Translations under genes and position numbers: made by a program | Notes under the pieces: model-generated | The model's database searches: none | Seen by the model: only the letters and a program-made list of their open reading frames with translations | Told to the model about the DNA's origin: nothing | Source: an uncultured Burkholderiales Genera incertae sedis bacterium | GTDB lineage: Bacteria > Pseudomonadota > Gammaproteobacteria > Burkholderiales > Eutrophovitaceae | Assembly (NCBI GenBank): GCA_905478365.1 | Contig: CAJQIK010000091.1 | Location: forward strand, 1-52,979 | Direction: 5' to 3' | DNA: 52,979 bases | In this document: positions 9,033 through 21,901 of the stretch, piece by piece | How the letters are laid out: each line of letters opens with the position of its first letter | How positions within the stretch are numbered: position 1 is the stretch's first letter

Positions 9033-9809
9033 TCAATCTTCTCCTAAATACGCTGCGCGCACGCTGGGATTGTTCGACACGTCAGAGTATCTCCCTTCGG
9101 CGATTTTTTCACCGTAATTAAGCACAACACAGGTATCTGAAACCTTATTAATGAGTTCCATCTCATGCTCGATTAATATGGTCGATAGTGTGGGGTGCTG
9201 AGCTCTCCAGCCCTGGAGTTCATCCATTAATGCTCTAGTCTCATCAGGCGTCATCCCAGCTGAAGGCTCGTCAAGCAACAAAATTTTAGGTTCGCTGATC
9301 AAAGCACGACATACTTCCACACGACGTCGATCGATCATAGAAAGTGAGGATATCGGCTTCAAAAGCAGTGCAGCCAAATCTGGACTAAACCGACGCAACA
9401 AGTCTTCAGCTATCTCGGTTTGTTCTTTTAGTTGGGACTTAAAGTACTTACGATCAAATATGTTTTGCCAAATACCAAAGTTCAGATTACGCTGATTGCC
9501 AATAATAAGGTTGTCAAGTACGGATAGAGAGGTCGCCAACCTCAAACGCTGAAAAGTGCGCGTTATCCCATAACCGTAGACCTTGTTTGGAGAGGCCCCT
9601 GTAATATCCTTACCGTGCAAAAAGACATTTCCAGATGCGGGCCGATAAATACCTGTAAGCGCATTAAAGAAAGTTGTTTTCCCTGATCCATTGGGGCCGA
9701 TAAGCCCCAAGAACTGGCCTTCACATAATTCAAAATCTAGACCGTTCAGCGCCTTAAGACCGCCAAACTTCACGGTTAGATCTTCCGTTTTTAATACGGC
9801 CGGCCTCAC
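9033..9809 (-). CDS. LivG-like ABC transporter ATP-binding protein
   Basis: GLIGPNGSGKTT, RTFQ, LLDEPSAG, IEHEM, VRAAYLG. Confidence 0.93.
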   Translation of the reverse strand: MRPAVLKTEDLTVKFGGLKALNGLDFELCEGQFLGLIGPNGSGKTTFFNALTGIYRPASGNVFLHGKDITGASPNKVYGYGITRTFQRLRLATSLSVLDNLIIGNQRNLNFGIWQNIFDRKYFKSQLKEQTEIAEDLLRRFSPDLAALLLKPISSLSMIDRRRVEVCRALISEPKILLLDEPSAGMTPDETRALMDELQGWRAQHPTLSTILIEHEMELINKVSDTCVVLNYGEKIAEGRYSDVSNNPSVRAAYLGED

Positions 9810-10957
9810 GCGGAGTTACCTGTAAAATATTGCCGAAGACCTCGAGGCATCAAGCCACTAGGCCTAAACCGAAGTATTAAAATCACTACAATCCCAAATA
9901 GTAGTAATCGATACTCTTGGATTACTTGAAATTTTTCCGGCAAAACAACAATTAACAGCGCCGCTGGTATCACTGCCACCGCATTCCCGATGCCGCCCAA
10001 AAGTACTATGGACACAAGAAGTAAAGAATCCGCAAAATTAAAACTCGCTGGTGCTATGAAACCGGACATCGCAGCATATACTGCTCCCGCTAGACCAGCG
10101 AAAAAGTTTCCCGCCATAAACGCTGTTATTTTCCAACGCGGGGCATTAATACCAAACGAAGCGGAAGCAACCTCGTCTAAACGAACTGAATCCATATTCA
10201 AACCAAACCAAGAAGCCTCAATCAAACGAGTCAACAAGTAAGCAGCGGCGGCCAACAAAAGCGCAGCTATCGCATACGCCATATAAAATGATCCACCACC
10301 TAATACAGAGGGAAAACTATCAGCAAAATCCCACCCAAGTATCTCTAAGCCATCTACCTTTAAACCCTGTGGTCCTCCAAAAACGTCGTTCACCTCTAAA
10401 AAAGTACGTAAAAGTATGCCGAATGCTATTGTAATCAGGGCTGCATAGTGGCCTCTAGTTCTAAGTATCGGCAAGATTAATAACGCACCTAACAGCGCAG
10501 AGGTAAGTCCACTAAACAGAATAATTAACAAATCTGGTACTGCGTGAAAATAGTGGTTTAGTACCGCCATCGAATACGCCCCGATACCAAAAAACGCGAT
10601 AGCGGCAAAATTAACCAAGCCTGCAAATCCAAATTGAATTGTTAAACCAAGACTAACGGTTACGTAGAGCAAGACCGTCGTTAGCATTAACAATGCAAAA
10701 TGTTCATGACGTAACAGCAAAATCAAAACTAAAACACCAAGAACAAAACTAACTAACGTAAACCTTGGCATCAGTCGGGCGGCTTTTTGGTAATAAATCA
10801 ACATATTCGCTCGTTTTAAAAGCAAAATTACCACGGGTAACGCAACCAACAACAACCCAATTTCCCACTCGTGCTCTAAATAAAGAAATCCATACAGAGC
10901 GATAACGCTGAGACTAATACCTATTAGGATTACTAATTGAGTTTTGAGTTGCGACAT
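9806..10957 (-). CDS. LivM-like ABC transporter permease
   Basis: LRTRGHYAALITIAFG, GGPQG, LLGGIG, RPSGL motifs; multi-TM. Confidence 0.92.
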   Translation of the reverse strand: MSQLKTQLVILIGISLSVIALYGFLYLEHEWEIGLLLVALPVVILLLKRANMLIYYQKAARLMPRFTLVSFVLGVLVLILLLRHEHFALLMLTTVLLYVTVSLGLTIQFGFAGLVNFAAIAFFGIGAYSMAVLNHYFHAVPDLLIILFSGLTSALLGALLILPILRTRGHYAALITIAFGILLRTFLEVNDVFGGPQGLKVDGLEILGWDFADSFPSVLGGGSFYMAYAIAALLLAAAAYLLTRLIEASWFGLNMDSVRLDEVASASFGINAPRWKITAFMAGNFFAGLAGAVYAAMSGFIAPASFNFADSLLLVSIVLLGGIGNAVAVIPAALLIVVLPEKFQVIQEYRLLLFGIVVILILRFRPSGLMPRGLRQYFTGNSA

Positions 10958-10962
10958 CGGAA

Positions 10963-11877
10963 TTAAACTCTCTCCGCTGACCGGTCAGCCAACAAGCCTG
11001 TTGGCCGCCATGCCATAAGCATAATTATGACCGTAAACGCAAACACATCCTTATATGCCGGGACGCTAAACCATATCGCGCCTAACGTTTGCAAAAACGC
11101 AAAAAGTAATCCGCCAACAATTGCTCCATAAATACTTCCCAGCCCCCCAACGACGGCAGCACTAAACCCAATAACCCCCAACATAAGTCCCATGCTGAAA
11201 TTAATCTCTTGATAGTAAAGGCCCGTGCTAATACCAGATAGCGCTGCAAGACCTGAGCCCAATGCGAAAGTCATCAATACCGTTTTATTAAAATTAATAC
11301 CCATAAGTCGAGCCGTTTCCTCATCTTGGGCAACTGCTCTTATAGCCAGGCCCATTCGGGTTTTTTGAATAAATAAATGAGTTAAAACGATCGCCATTGC
11401 CCCAGTAAAAATAAGGATGACACTATCTAATCGTAAATTAAGATTCCCCCAATTGATCGAGGTCTCGGGCAATAAAGCCGGGAAAGGTTTTGGGTTAGAC
11501 CCGTTCGGAAAAAATAACCGAACGCCCTCTCGAATAACCGAACCAAACATAAGAGTAATAAGCAGTGTATTCAATGGTGGCGATTCCTTAAGAGGCAGAA
11601 CCAAAAACTTACAAAGTAGAGCGCCAAGTAACGCCATAGCTATCACACCTAAACACAACATAATAGTTAAAGATAACCATGCAGGGGTAGAGAGTTGATC
11701 TAAGCCTAAAAATAGTGCGAGCGCAGTAAACGCACCCAGCATTAAAACGTCTCCGTGAGAAAACTTAATAACGTCGAGCACACCAAAAAACAACGTAAAA
11801 CCGACGGCGACTAATGCGTAAGTTATTCCCTGAACAAGCCCGTTTATTAAGTATTGTGCAAAAAATCCGGGATCCAT
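10963..11877 (-). CDS. LivH-like ABC transporter permease
   Basis: NGLVQGITYALVAVGFTL, FSHGD, GLAIRAVAQD, GGLGS, RPTGL motifs. Confidence 0.93.
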   Translation of the reverse strand: MDPGFFAQYLINGLVQGITYALVAVGFTLFFGVLDVIKFSHGDVLMLGAFTALALFLGLDQLSTPAWLSLTIMLCLGVIAMALLGALLCKFLVLPLKESPPLNTLLITLMFGSVIREGVRLFFPNGSNPKPFPALLPETSINWGNLNLRLDSVILIFTGAMAIVLTHLFIQKTRMGLAIRAVAQDEETARLMGINFNKTVLMTFALGSGLAALSGISTGLYYQEINFSMGLMLGVIGFSAAVVGGLGSIYGAIVGGLLFAFLQTLGAIWFSVPAYKDVFAFTVIIMLMAWRPTGLLADRSAERV

Positions 11878-11896
11878 TTATGTCGACCGACTCTCG

Positions 11897-13057
11897 TTAC
11901 TTCAACGAGCGATTGCCCGATGCGTACTCACTATCTTCCCAAAGTACCCAGCTCCCATCTTGAATCACATATTTAGTAATTAATGCAATGGTATTTTGGC
12001 CGTGGCTATCGAAAGTAATAGGCCCAACAATTGACTCGTGTTCCCGAATAACATTCAGTTCTTCTCGTATTAGCTTTCGGTCTGGGCCAACTTTTTCGAT
12101 TACGTCGATGATTAGATCGGTCGCTGCAAATGCAAACGCGCCATAGGCTTCCGCGGGCTCGTTAAAATCACGCGCTTCATAGGCTTGCATAAACATTTTT
12201 CCGCCAGGCAACTTCTCCGTTGGTGCGCCCTCCCGAAAAGCGAGGACCCCCTCAGCCAACTCGCCCACACCATCTATGAAAGCATCCGATACAATTCCTG
12301 ATGTCCCCTGGAATACCTGATCCATGCCAAGCTTATCCATTTGAGCGCGAATCCGAACGCCTGTTGGCGCGAGGCCACCAAAATAAATCACCTCCGGATT
12401 CAGCGCCTTAATTTTTGTCAGTTCAGCAGTGAAATCTTGCTGATCAGGGTTTACCCCGAATGTGCCTAAAATCGTTCCACTTCGTTCGGTTAAAGCTTTT
12501 TCAAAATATTTAAAATGTCCCTTACCGTAATCGGTTGTGTCATGAATAACTGCCCATTTCGAGAAGCCTTGTTCAATCATAAACTCTGCCGCGACCATAT
12601 TTTGATTTATCATCGTGCCGTTAACACGGTGGATCTCCGGGTGATCATTCCCATAAGTAATATCCGGCAAGACAGCACCCCAGACAATGACGGGCAATCC
12701 AAACTTGTGATACACGTCGACCGTACCCATAGCAACAGCTGAACAATAATGAGTTACGCCCGCAACTATATTTTTATCTGCCGCCGCTTTTGTTGCGACC
12801 TGAACACCGATGTTGGGCTTACATTCGTCGTCTAATGAAACCAGTTCATACTTGTAGTTACTATCCGGTGATTCGTTACGCAAACTTATGGCCAAATCAG
12901 CGGAGTTGCGCCCACCTAGGCCACCCGCTGATACCCCACCTGTCAATGGGCCTATGAAAGTTATCTTTATAGTCTCGGGTTGATCACTACAGCCAATCAA
13001 AAAAACACAACAAATAAGGACGATAAAAACATTTGGCAGTTTTAATTTGTCTGACAT
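11897..13057 (-). CDS. LivJ/LivK-family substrate-binding protein, probable lipoprotein
   Basis: GPLTG, DDEC/HYCS cysteine pair, DTTDYGKG, DFTAELTKIK, GPITFD motifs; LIGC lipobox after a hydrophobic signal. Confidence 0.9.
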   Translation of the reverse strand: MSDKLKLPNVFIVLICCVFLIGCSDQPETIKITFIGPLTGGVSAGGLGGRNSADLAISLRNESPDSNYKYELVSLDDECKPNIGVQVATKAAADKNIVAGVTHYCSAVAMGTVDVYHKFGLPVIVWGAVLPDITYGNDHPEIHRVNGTMINQNMVAAEFMIEQGFSKWAVIHDTTDYGKGHFKYFEKALTERSGTILGTFGVNPDQQDFTAELTKIKALNPEVIYFGGLAPTGVRIRAQMDKLGMDQVFQGTSGIVSDAFIDGVGELAEGVLAFREGAPTEKLPGGKMFMQAYEARDFNEPAEAYGAFAFAATDLIIDVIEKVGPDRKLIREELNVIREHESIVGPITFDSHGQNTIALITKYVIQDGSWVLWEDSEYASGNRSLK

Positions 13058-13095
13058 AACTTGAATTCGATTTTCATAAATTAGTTAACTTAATC

Positions 13096-13104
13096 ATCTT
13101 AACA
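13096..13104 (-). promoter_or_regulatory. Possible extended -10 promoter for the Liv-type cluster
   Basis: Minus strand TGtTAAGAT just downstream of the atp terminator, about 40 nt upstream of the binding-protein ATG. Confidence 0.35.
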
Positions 13105-13109
13105 GACAT

Positions 13110-13135
13110 AAAAAAAGGCAGCACCGGCTGCCTTT
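13110..13135 (-). terminator. Rho-independent terminator of the atp operon
   Basis: Minus strand AAAGGCAGC-CGGT-GCTGCCTTT continuing into a 7-T tract, about 25 nt after the atpC stop. Confidence 0.88.
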
Positions 13136-13161
13136 AGTGTCACTCATTCTCACCTTAAACT

Positions 13162-13581
13162 TTAATGTTTACGCAACTTTCTGATTTCAGCGAGCTGTGC
13201 CCCGAGCATTGCCAACTCAGCTTCGACGGTAGCGATTTCTTGCTTGTCGGTAGACGCGTTGAGCGCTTCTTCTGCTCGTTTTTTAGCTTCTAGCGCCCGC
13301 GCTTCATCCAAATCATCGCTTCGAATCGCAGTATCAGCCATAACCGTCACCGACCCGGGTTGCACCTCCAAGATTCCGCCAGCAACAAATATCGCCATCT
13401 CCTCTTTCGATTCTAGCGTCTGTATTCGCACCGACCCGGCTTTAATCCTTGTGATAAGGGGCGTATGTTTGGGATAGATACCTAAATCACCAAGCTCTCC
13501 TGGTACGACAATGAAAGACGCCTCTCCAGAAAAGACTGATTCTTCTGCGCTAACCACTTCTACCTGAATGGTGCTTGCCAT
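13162..13581 (-). CDS. atpC: F1 ATP synthase epsilon subunit
   Basis: [34 protein letters not shown]; operon position. Confidence 0.97.
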   Translation of the reverse strand: MASTIQVEVVSAEESVFSGEASFIVVPGELGDLGIYPKHTPLITRIKAGSVRIQTLESKEEMAIFVAGGILEVQPGSVTVMADTAIRSDDLDEARALEAKKRAEEALNASTDKQEIATVEAELAMLGAQLAEIRKLRKH

Positions 13582-13640
13582 AATGTCCCTAACGAACTCC
13601 GATTAACCTTAATTAATATATAAAACGCTTAACTATTTTT

Positions 13641-15065
<1,425 letters not shown>

Positions 15066-15087
15066 TTAAAAAAAATTCTATTAAAAA

Positions 15088-15951
15088 TTAAACTGCTGAC
15101 GCACCGCTAACAATTTCAGATAGCTCTTGCGTAATAGCGGCTTGGCGCGATTTGTTATAAACAAGGGTCAACTCATCTATGAGCGTGGCAGCATTGTCTG
15201 ACGCAGATTTCATCGCCACCATTCTCGCTGATTGTTCGGACGACATATTTTCAGCTACCGATTGGTAAACCACCGCCTCGATATAACGGTTCAAAACTTG
15301 ATCTAGTACCTCTTTTGCATCGGGTTCATAGATGTAGTCCCAAGCACCAGTTGGTACACCAAGGCTCTCGCCCTTTACCGGCAATAGCTGTTCCATCGTC
15401 GGCTCTTGCTTCATGGTATTGATGAACTTATTATAAAACAGCACAACTTGATCAAACTTGTCTTCGTTATATCCGTCAAGCACAACTTTAATTGCTCCTA
15501 ATATGGTTTCCATCTTAGGAGCATCACCCAATCCACTGACTTCAGCGACGACGTTAGCACCAAGCCGCTGCATGAATCCTACGCCTTTGCTACCAATACA
15601 ACACACATCGACTTCTTCGCCATCTGCTTGCCACTCTTTATACTGAGCTAACGCCATCCTTAAAACGTTGGTATTTAATGCGCCGCATAACCCCTTATCG
15701 GTGGTCACGACAATCATTGCTGCCCGCTTTACGGTGTCTCTTTCTGTTAAATAAGGATGTCTATACTCAGGGTTCGCATGTGAAATATTAGCCGCGACCG
15801 CTCGTATTTTATCCCCAAACGGTCTCGCGGCACGCATTCGTTCCTGAGCTTTTCTCATTTTAGATGCTGCCACCATTTCCATAGCTTTGGTGATCTTACT
15901 CGTGTTTTGCACGCTTTTGATTTTGTTTCTGATTTCCTTCGTGCCTGCCAT
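15088..15951 (-). CDS. atpG: F1 ATP synthase gamma subunit
   Basis: [32 protein letters not shown]. Confidence 0.99.
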   Translation of the reverse strand: MAGTKEIRNKIKSVQNTSKITKAMEMVAASKMRKAQERMRAARPFGDKIRAVAANISHANPEYRHPYLTERDTVKRAAMIVVTTDKGLCGALNTNVLRMALAQYKEWQADGEEVDVCCIGSKGVGFMQRLGANVVAEVSGLGDAPKMETILGAIKVVLDGYNEDKFDQVVLFYNKFINTMKQEPTMEQLLPVKGESLGVPTGAWDYIYEPDAKEVLDQVLNRYIEAVVYQSVAENMSSEQSARMVAMKSASDNAATLIDELTLVYNKSRQAAITQELSEIVSGASAV

Positions 15952-16003
15952 CCTAGAATCTTTCTATCATCATTATTTTGATGTGGTTATTTTTTCCTAA
16001 AAC

Positions 16004-17551
16004 TTAGTAGGTCCCGCTAACCTTCCACTCTTGAATTGCAGTTTTAAGCGCATCTTCGTCTTCTTTAGTGAGGTTATTAGTTTCATCAATACGTGCAATT
16101 AAATCTGCGTTTTTACTCTTGAGAAAATCCCTCATTGACTTCTCAGCTGCCAACGCTTTATTTACTTCCATGCCATCGAATACATCATTATTGAGCGCGA
16201 ATAATGTAACCGCCATTTCCCAAACTTCCATTGGTTGGTATTGAGGTTGTTTCATTAGCTCGGTAGCCATTTGGCCACGCTCTAATTGGCGACGAGTGGC
16301 CTCATCAAGGTCGGAGGCGAACTGAGCGAAGGCAGCAAGCTCTCGATACTGCGCCAAGGCTAAACGAACGCCGCCACCAGTGTCCTTTCGTTTCATGATT
16401 TTCGTTTGGGCTGCGCCACCCACCCGAGACACAGACACTCCTGCATTAATAGCTGGTCTTACTCCAGCGTTAAACAGGTCGGTTTCCAAAAAGATCTGTC
16501 CATCGGTAATCGAGATCACGTTAGTCGGGACAAAAGCAGAAACATCACCAGCCTGGGTCTCAATAATTGGTAGTGCAGTCAACGATCCAGTTTTATCCTT
16601 CACTGCTCCGTTTGTATGTCGCTCCACCCACGCCGTTGACACTCGCGCCGCTCGCTCTAGCAAGCGTGAGTGTAAGTAGAAAACGTCACCTGGATAAGCC
16701 TCTCGGCCTGGAGGTCGTCTCAACAATAATGATATCTGTCTATATGCCCACGCTTGTTTCGTTAGGTCATCATAAATAATCAGAGCGTCTTCGCCGCGAT
16801 CTCGGAAATACTCGCCCATCGTGCACCCTGAATAAGCCGCAATATACTGCATGGCTGCGGACTCTGATGCCGTCGCGGCAACGACTATCGTGTATTCCAT
16901 TGCCCCATGTTCTTCGAGTTTTCGAACCACGTTAGCTACTGTTGATGCCTTTTGTCCAATCGCTACGTATACACAGAACAGGTTTTTACCTTTCTGGTTA
17001 ATGATAGTATCGACAGCCACAGCAGTTTTGCCTGTTTGACGGTCACCAATAATCAACTCTCGTTGACCTCTACCCACAGGAACCATGGCATCAATCGCTT
17101 TTAATCCTGTTTGCACAGGCTCGTCTACAGACTGTCTCCAAATTACGCCCGGAGCCACTTTCTCAATTACGTCCGTCTCTTTCGCATTTATAGGGCCCTT
17201 GCCATCAATAGGCTGACCCAGCGCATCCACGACGCGTCCCAACAGCTCAGGACCGACCGGGACTTCGAGAATCTTACCTGTACACTTTACTGTATCGCCC
17301 TCTGTGATATGGGTATATTCCCCTAGAACCACGGCGCCAACCGAATCACGCTCTAGGTTTAAGGCTAAACCAAAGGTGTTGCCTGGGAACTCAAGCATCT
17401 CGCCTTGCATAACGTCTGAGAGGCCGTGTACCCGACATATTCCGTCAGTCACGGAGACAACCGTACCTTGTGTTTTTGCTTCGGTTGCTGACGCAAGATT
17501 TTGGATCTTGCCCTTAATCAGCTCACTAATCTCTGATGGATTCAACTGCAT
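16004..17551 (-). CDS. atpA: F1 ATP synthase alpha subunit
   Basis: [37 protein letters not shown]. Confidence 0.99.
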   Translation of the reverse strand: MQLNPSEISELIKGKIQNLASATEAKTQGTVVSVTDGICRVHGLSDVMQGEMLEFPGNTFGLALNLERDSVGAVVLGEYTHITEGDTVKCTGKILEVPVGPELLGRVVDALGQPIDGKGPINAKETDVIEKVAPGVIWRQSVDEPVQTGLKAIDAMVPVGRGQRELIIGDRQTGKTAVAVDTIINQKGKNLFCVYVAIGQKASTVANVVRKLEEHGAMEYTIVVAATASESAAMQYIAAYSGCTMGEYFRDRGEDALIIYDDLTKQAWAYRQISLLLRRPPGREAYPGDVFYLHSRLLERAARVSTAWVERHTNGAVKDKTGSLTALPIIETQAGDVSAFVPTNVISITDGQIFLETDLFNAGVRPAINAGVSVSRVGGAAQTKIMKRKDTGGGVRLALAQYRELAAFAQFASDLDEATRRQLERGQMATELMKQPQYQPMEVWEMAVTLFALNNDVFDGMEVNKALAAEKSMRDFLKSKNADLIARIDETNNLTKEDEDALKTAIQEWKVSGTY

Positions 17552-17570
17552 GGATCAATGCTCCTAATAA

Positions 17571-18107
17571 TTAATTTGTTAAAGTGACCGCCATATGTTG
17601 GAGACGACCTCTAACAGACGCGTCCCACACCTTATCACCAACATGAACTTTGACGCCCCCAATTAAATTGGGGTCTGTGGTAACAGATGGACTTATTTTT
17701 TTGTTGAGCTTCTTAGACAAAATATCGGCGATAGCCGTTATCTGCGCTTCATCTAAATCGAATGCCGACTGGATAACCGCGTTCACCATGCCTTCGTCCT
17801 CAGCCTTAAGCGATTCATATTGCCTCGCCACGTCGTCAAGAACCGAAAGTCGACCGTTTCTTACAAGTAACTGAATAAAATTTCTAACTTCCATCGATAC
17901 TCGATCGGAACAAATTGATAGAAATAAATCCTCAACGTCCGTTAACTGGATGTCAGGCGCACTGACGGTTTCCTGAAAGGCTGCGTCATCGGCAACGCTT
18001 TTCAAAAACTCTAAAGATTCGGACCAGACATCCAGAGTATCAGTCTCTTTAGCCAATGAATAAAGTGCCTGGGCGTATGGTCGAGCCAATGTAATAACTT
18101 CAGCCAT
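17571..18107 (-). CDS. atpH: F1 ATP synthase delta subunit
   Basis: TLARPYAQAL, LIGGVKVHVGD..DASVRGRL. Confidence 0.97.
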   Translation of the reverse strand: MAEVITLARPYAQALYSLAKETDTLDVWSESLEFLKSVADDAAFQETVSAPDIQLTDVEDLFLSICSDRVSMEVRNFIQLLVRNGRLSVLDDVARQYESLKAEDEGMVNAVIQSAFDLDEAQITAIADILSKKLNKKISPSVTTDPNLIGGVKVHVGDKVWDASVRGRLQHMAVTLTN

Positions 18108-18110
18108 GCG

Positions 18111-18584
18111 CTACCCTAGCTCTGATTCAAGTCGCTTAAGCATATCTGCATGCGCATTTGCATCGATTTCTTTTTGCAGAATTTGCTCCGCGCCAGCAAG
18201 CGCTAAAGAAGCTACTTGCACCCGAAGTTGCTCTTTTGCTCGGTTTACTTCTTGTTCAATTTCCGCTTTCGCCGCAGAAACAATCCGCTCGCCTTCGACC
18301 TTCGCGTGGTTTTTTGCTTCCTCAATAAGCTCCCCAGAGCGCTTTTCGGCCTGTGAAATAATCTCCATTGCCTGCTCTTTTGTCTTCTGAAGCTCTTGAT
18401 TAACCTTTTCCGCTGCTTCAGCTAACTCTTGTCTACCTTTTTCGCCGGCCGCTAACCCGTCTGCAATCTCTTTTTGACGATCCTGCATCGCTTTTTGAAG
18501 CGGCGGCCAAACATATTTCATGGTCAGCCAAATGAACAAAGCAAACCAGAGCGCTTGGCCTAAAAGTGTTGCGTTAATATTCAC
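18111..18584 (-). CDS. atpF: Fo ATP synthase subunit b
   Basis: [10 protein letters not shown]...[16 protein letters not shown]; GTG start. Confidence 0.97.
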   Translation of the reverse strand: MNINATLLGQALWFALFIWLTMKYVWPPLQKAMQDRQKEIADGLAAGEKGRQELAEAAEKVNQELQKTKEQAMEIISQAEKRSGELIEEAKNHAKVEGERIVSAAKAEIEQEVNRAKEQLRVQVASLALAGAEQILQKEIDANAHADMLKRLESELG

Positions 18585-18624
18585 GCTTGCCTCCTGCGCC
18601 TTAAGTCTTGATTGATGTTACTCA

Positions 18625-18897
<273 letters not shown>

Positions 18898-18938
18898 CTA
18901 ATACAAAATTAAGTTGTTAAAAATTAAATCTAATTACG

Positions 18939-19730
<792 letters not shown>

Positions 19731-19750
19731 TCACTCTATAAAAAATATCA

Positions 19751-20119
19751 TTAATTTTTCAGCAAAAGCGCGACCCAGTAACTGGCCAAAGTCGCTACGT
19801 AAGTAGCAAACAACGGTAATGCCGCGATTGGCCCTAACTGCGTAAATACCAAACCGAAGGCTACGACCGTTATGGCCATTTTCCCCGACTCAGCCCTGTA
19901 ATGAGCCTTAACTAAACTTCGCGGATCTTGAGTTCTTCCTCTAGAAGACCTCCATACATAAAAGCATGAAGGAAGCAGTGCGGTCAGCCCACCAATCAAC
20001 GCCGACTTGCTGTCTACCGAAAAACCATGAACCCCCAAGAACCCAATCGTACATGTCGACATCACCAACGCTTGCAATGCTAGAACACGTAATGATCCAG
20101 TTATCACGACCTTACTCAT
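19751..20119 (-). CDS. atpI: ATP synthase protein I
   Basis: Four-TM small protein (SALIGG, YRAESGK) first in the atp operon. Start set at ATG 20119; ORF track starts at GTG 20164. Confidence 0.85.
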   Translation of the reverse strand: MSKVVITGSLRVLALQALVMSTCTIGFLGVHGFSVDSKSALIGGLTALLPSCFYVWRSSRGRTQDPRSLVKAHYRAESGKMAITVVAFGLVFTQLGPIAALPLFATYVATLASYWVALLLKN

Positions 20120-20176
20120 AAATAAGAAAGCAAACCTGGAGACTCGTAAGTTGTTCCAACCCACGAAAAGCTCGCT

Positions 20177-20205
20177 ATTTTAAGGACTCGTCTAATTTGT
20201 GTCAA
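20177..20205 (-). promoter_or_regulatory. Sigma70 promoter of the atp operon
   Basis: Minus strand TTGACA-N17-TAAAAT, near consensus. Confidence 0.8.
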
Positions 20206-20233
20206 TGCGAACCACTCTATTTAACATACACTC

Positions 20234-21100
20234 TCAAGCTCTTAACTTGGCCAGAAGAACCTCGAGCTCATCCAAGTCTGAGAATGACAGGGCAATCTTT
20301 CCCGAACCCCTCTTGGATTGAGTGATCCTAACTGGCAAACCCAGATGCTGAGCCAGCTGTTCTTGTAAGTTAACAGTGTCTCGGTCAATATTTTGTCGGC
20401 CTTGTTGGCTTTTTCCTTTGCCACCCAGCCGAGTGCTCACAGCGCCCACCAGGCTCTCCACCTCTCGAACTGTCAAATCTAATGCGACGATTCGTTTTGC
20501 TAAGTCAACCTGGCGTGACGCTTCCAAACCCAACAAGGAGCGGGCGTGTCCCATTTCTATTTTTTGGTCACGAAGCATTTGTTGAACTGGTTCGGCTAAT
20601 GACAACAAGCGTTGCAGGTTAGTAACGGTACTTCGCGATTTTCCTAATATGCGCGCCACCGCCTCATGGGTCATTTCAAATTCTTCAATAAGCCTCTTAA
20701 TGCCGATAGCCTCATCGATTGAAGTGAGGTCTTCTCTTTGAATATTCTCAATCAATGCCATAGCCATGGCAGATTTATCATCCGACTTTTTTATTACCAC
20801 GGGTACCAGCTTCAGGCCTGCTTTTTGAGCGGCGCGCCACCTCCGTTCCCCGGCTATGATCTCGTGTTTTCCGCTGGATATAGGTCTTACAATTAACGGC
20901 TGGATAACGCCTTGAGAGCGTATGGATTCGCTCAGCTCGGCTATCGCGTCGTCATCCATTTTAGTACGCGGTTGGAATTTGCCAGGCTGCAACCCCTCAA
21001 CAGGTAGAGTCGACATAGGCCCTGGTTCATCATCATTAACTGTTTTTCCGCTTGAAAAGAGCGCGTCCAAGCCTTTGCCTAATCCTTTAGCTCTAACCAT
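20234..21100 (-). CDS. parB: Chromosome partitioning protein ParB
   Basis: KGLGKGLDAL, QPR, IIAGERRWRA, IENIQREDL, HTH with KSRSTVTN, MGHAR. Confidence 0.97.
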   Translation of the reverse strand: MVRAKGLGKGLDALFSSGKTVNDDEPGPMSTLPVEGLQPGKFQPRTKMDDDAIAELSESIRSQGVIQPLIVRPISSGKHEIIAGERRWRAAQKAGLKLVPVVIKKSDDKSAMAMALIENIQREDLTSIDEAIGIKRLIEEFEMTHEAVARILGKSRSTVTNLQRLLSLAEPVQQMLRDQKIEMGHARSLLGLEASRQVDLAKRIVALDLTVREVESLVGAVSTRLGGKGKSQQGRQNIDRDTVNLQEQLAQHLGLPVRITQSKRGSGKIALSFSDLDELEVLLAKLRA

Positions 21101-21122
21101 AATATATGTACGTCCTCGATAA

Positions 21123-21887
21123 TTAGGTAAATCTTCCTAGAAATTCTGCAGAAAGTGATTGGTAAGCAATCGCCCCTTTTGACATTTTGTCGTATATCAA
21201 TACGGGAAGACCGTGACTTGGCGCTTCCGCGACCCGGACATTCCTTGGGATTACGGTTTCAAACAGCTTATCTCCGAAGTGCCTATCAAGCTGATCGGAT
21301 ACTTGCTGAGATAAAGAGTTGCGACCATCAAACATAGTCCTTACCAAACCACCAATTTCGAGATTAGGATTCAAATATGATTTGATCCGCTTAATTGTGT
21401 CTACAAGATCACTCAGCCCTTCTAAGGCGTAATATTCACATTGCATCGGAATAATCACGTATTTCGCCGCGGTTAAGCCATTTAACGTGAGCAAGCTGAG
21501 CGCGGGTGGGCAGTCAATTAAAATGAAATCGTAATCGTCGGTTACTGACTCTAAGGCTCTCTTGAGGATGGTTTCGCGGCTATCGACGCCAACTAACTCG
21601 ACTTCAGCCCCTGCCAAATGCTGATTCGCCGCCAGTACGTCATACCCCACGGTAGAGCTTTCAAGTTTAACGGCTCCGACTGTTGTCGATTCCGTTAAAA
21701 CATCATAGATACCTGCCTCCACCTTTGATTTATCAATGCCACTTCCAGTGGTCGCGTTACCTTGCGGGTCTAGATCGATCAAGAGCACTCGCTTTCCCTG
21801 GGCGGCGATGCCAGCGCCAAGATTTATCGCCGTGGTGGTTTTTGCAACACCTCCTTTTTGGTTTGCGATGGCTACAATACGACTCAC
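21123..21887 (-). CDS. parA: Chromosome partitioning ATPase ParA/Soj
   Basis: NQKGGVAKTTT deviant Walker A, DLDPQGNAT, DCPP, QCEYYALEG, PRNVRVAEAPSHG. Confidence 0.97.
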   Translation of the reverse strand: MSRIVAIANQKGGVAKTTTAINLGAGIAAQGKRVLLIDLDPQGNATTGSGIDKSKVEAGIYDVLTESTTVGAVKLESSTVGYDVLAANQHLAGAEVELVGVDSRETILKRALESVTDDYDFILIDCPPALSLLTLNGLTAAKYVIIPMQCEYYALEGLSDLVDTIKRIKSYLNPNLEIGGLVRTMFDGRNSLSQQVSDQLDRHFGDKLFETVIPRNVRVAEAPSHGLPVLIYDKMSKGAIAYQSLSAEFLGRFT

Positions 21888-21901
21888 TTCATTTACCTTT
21901 T

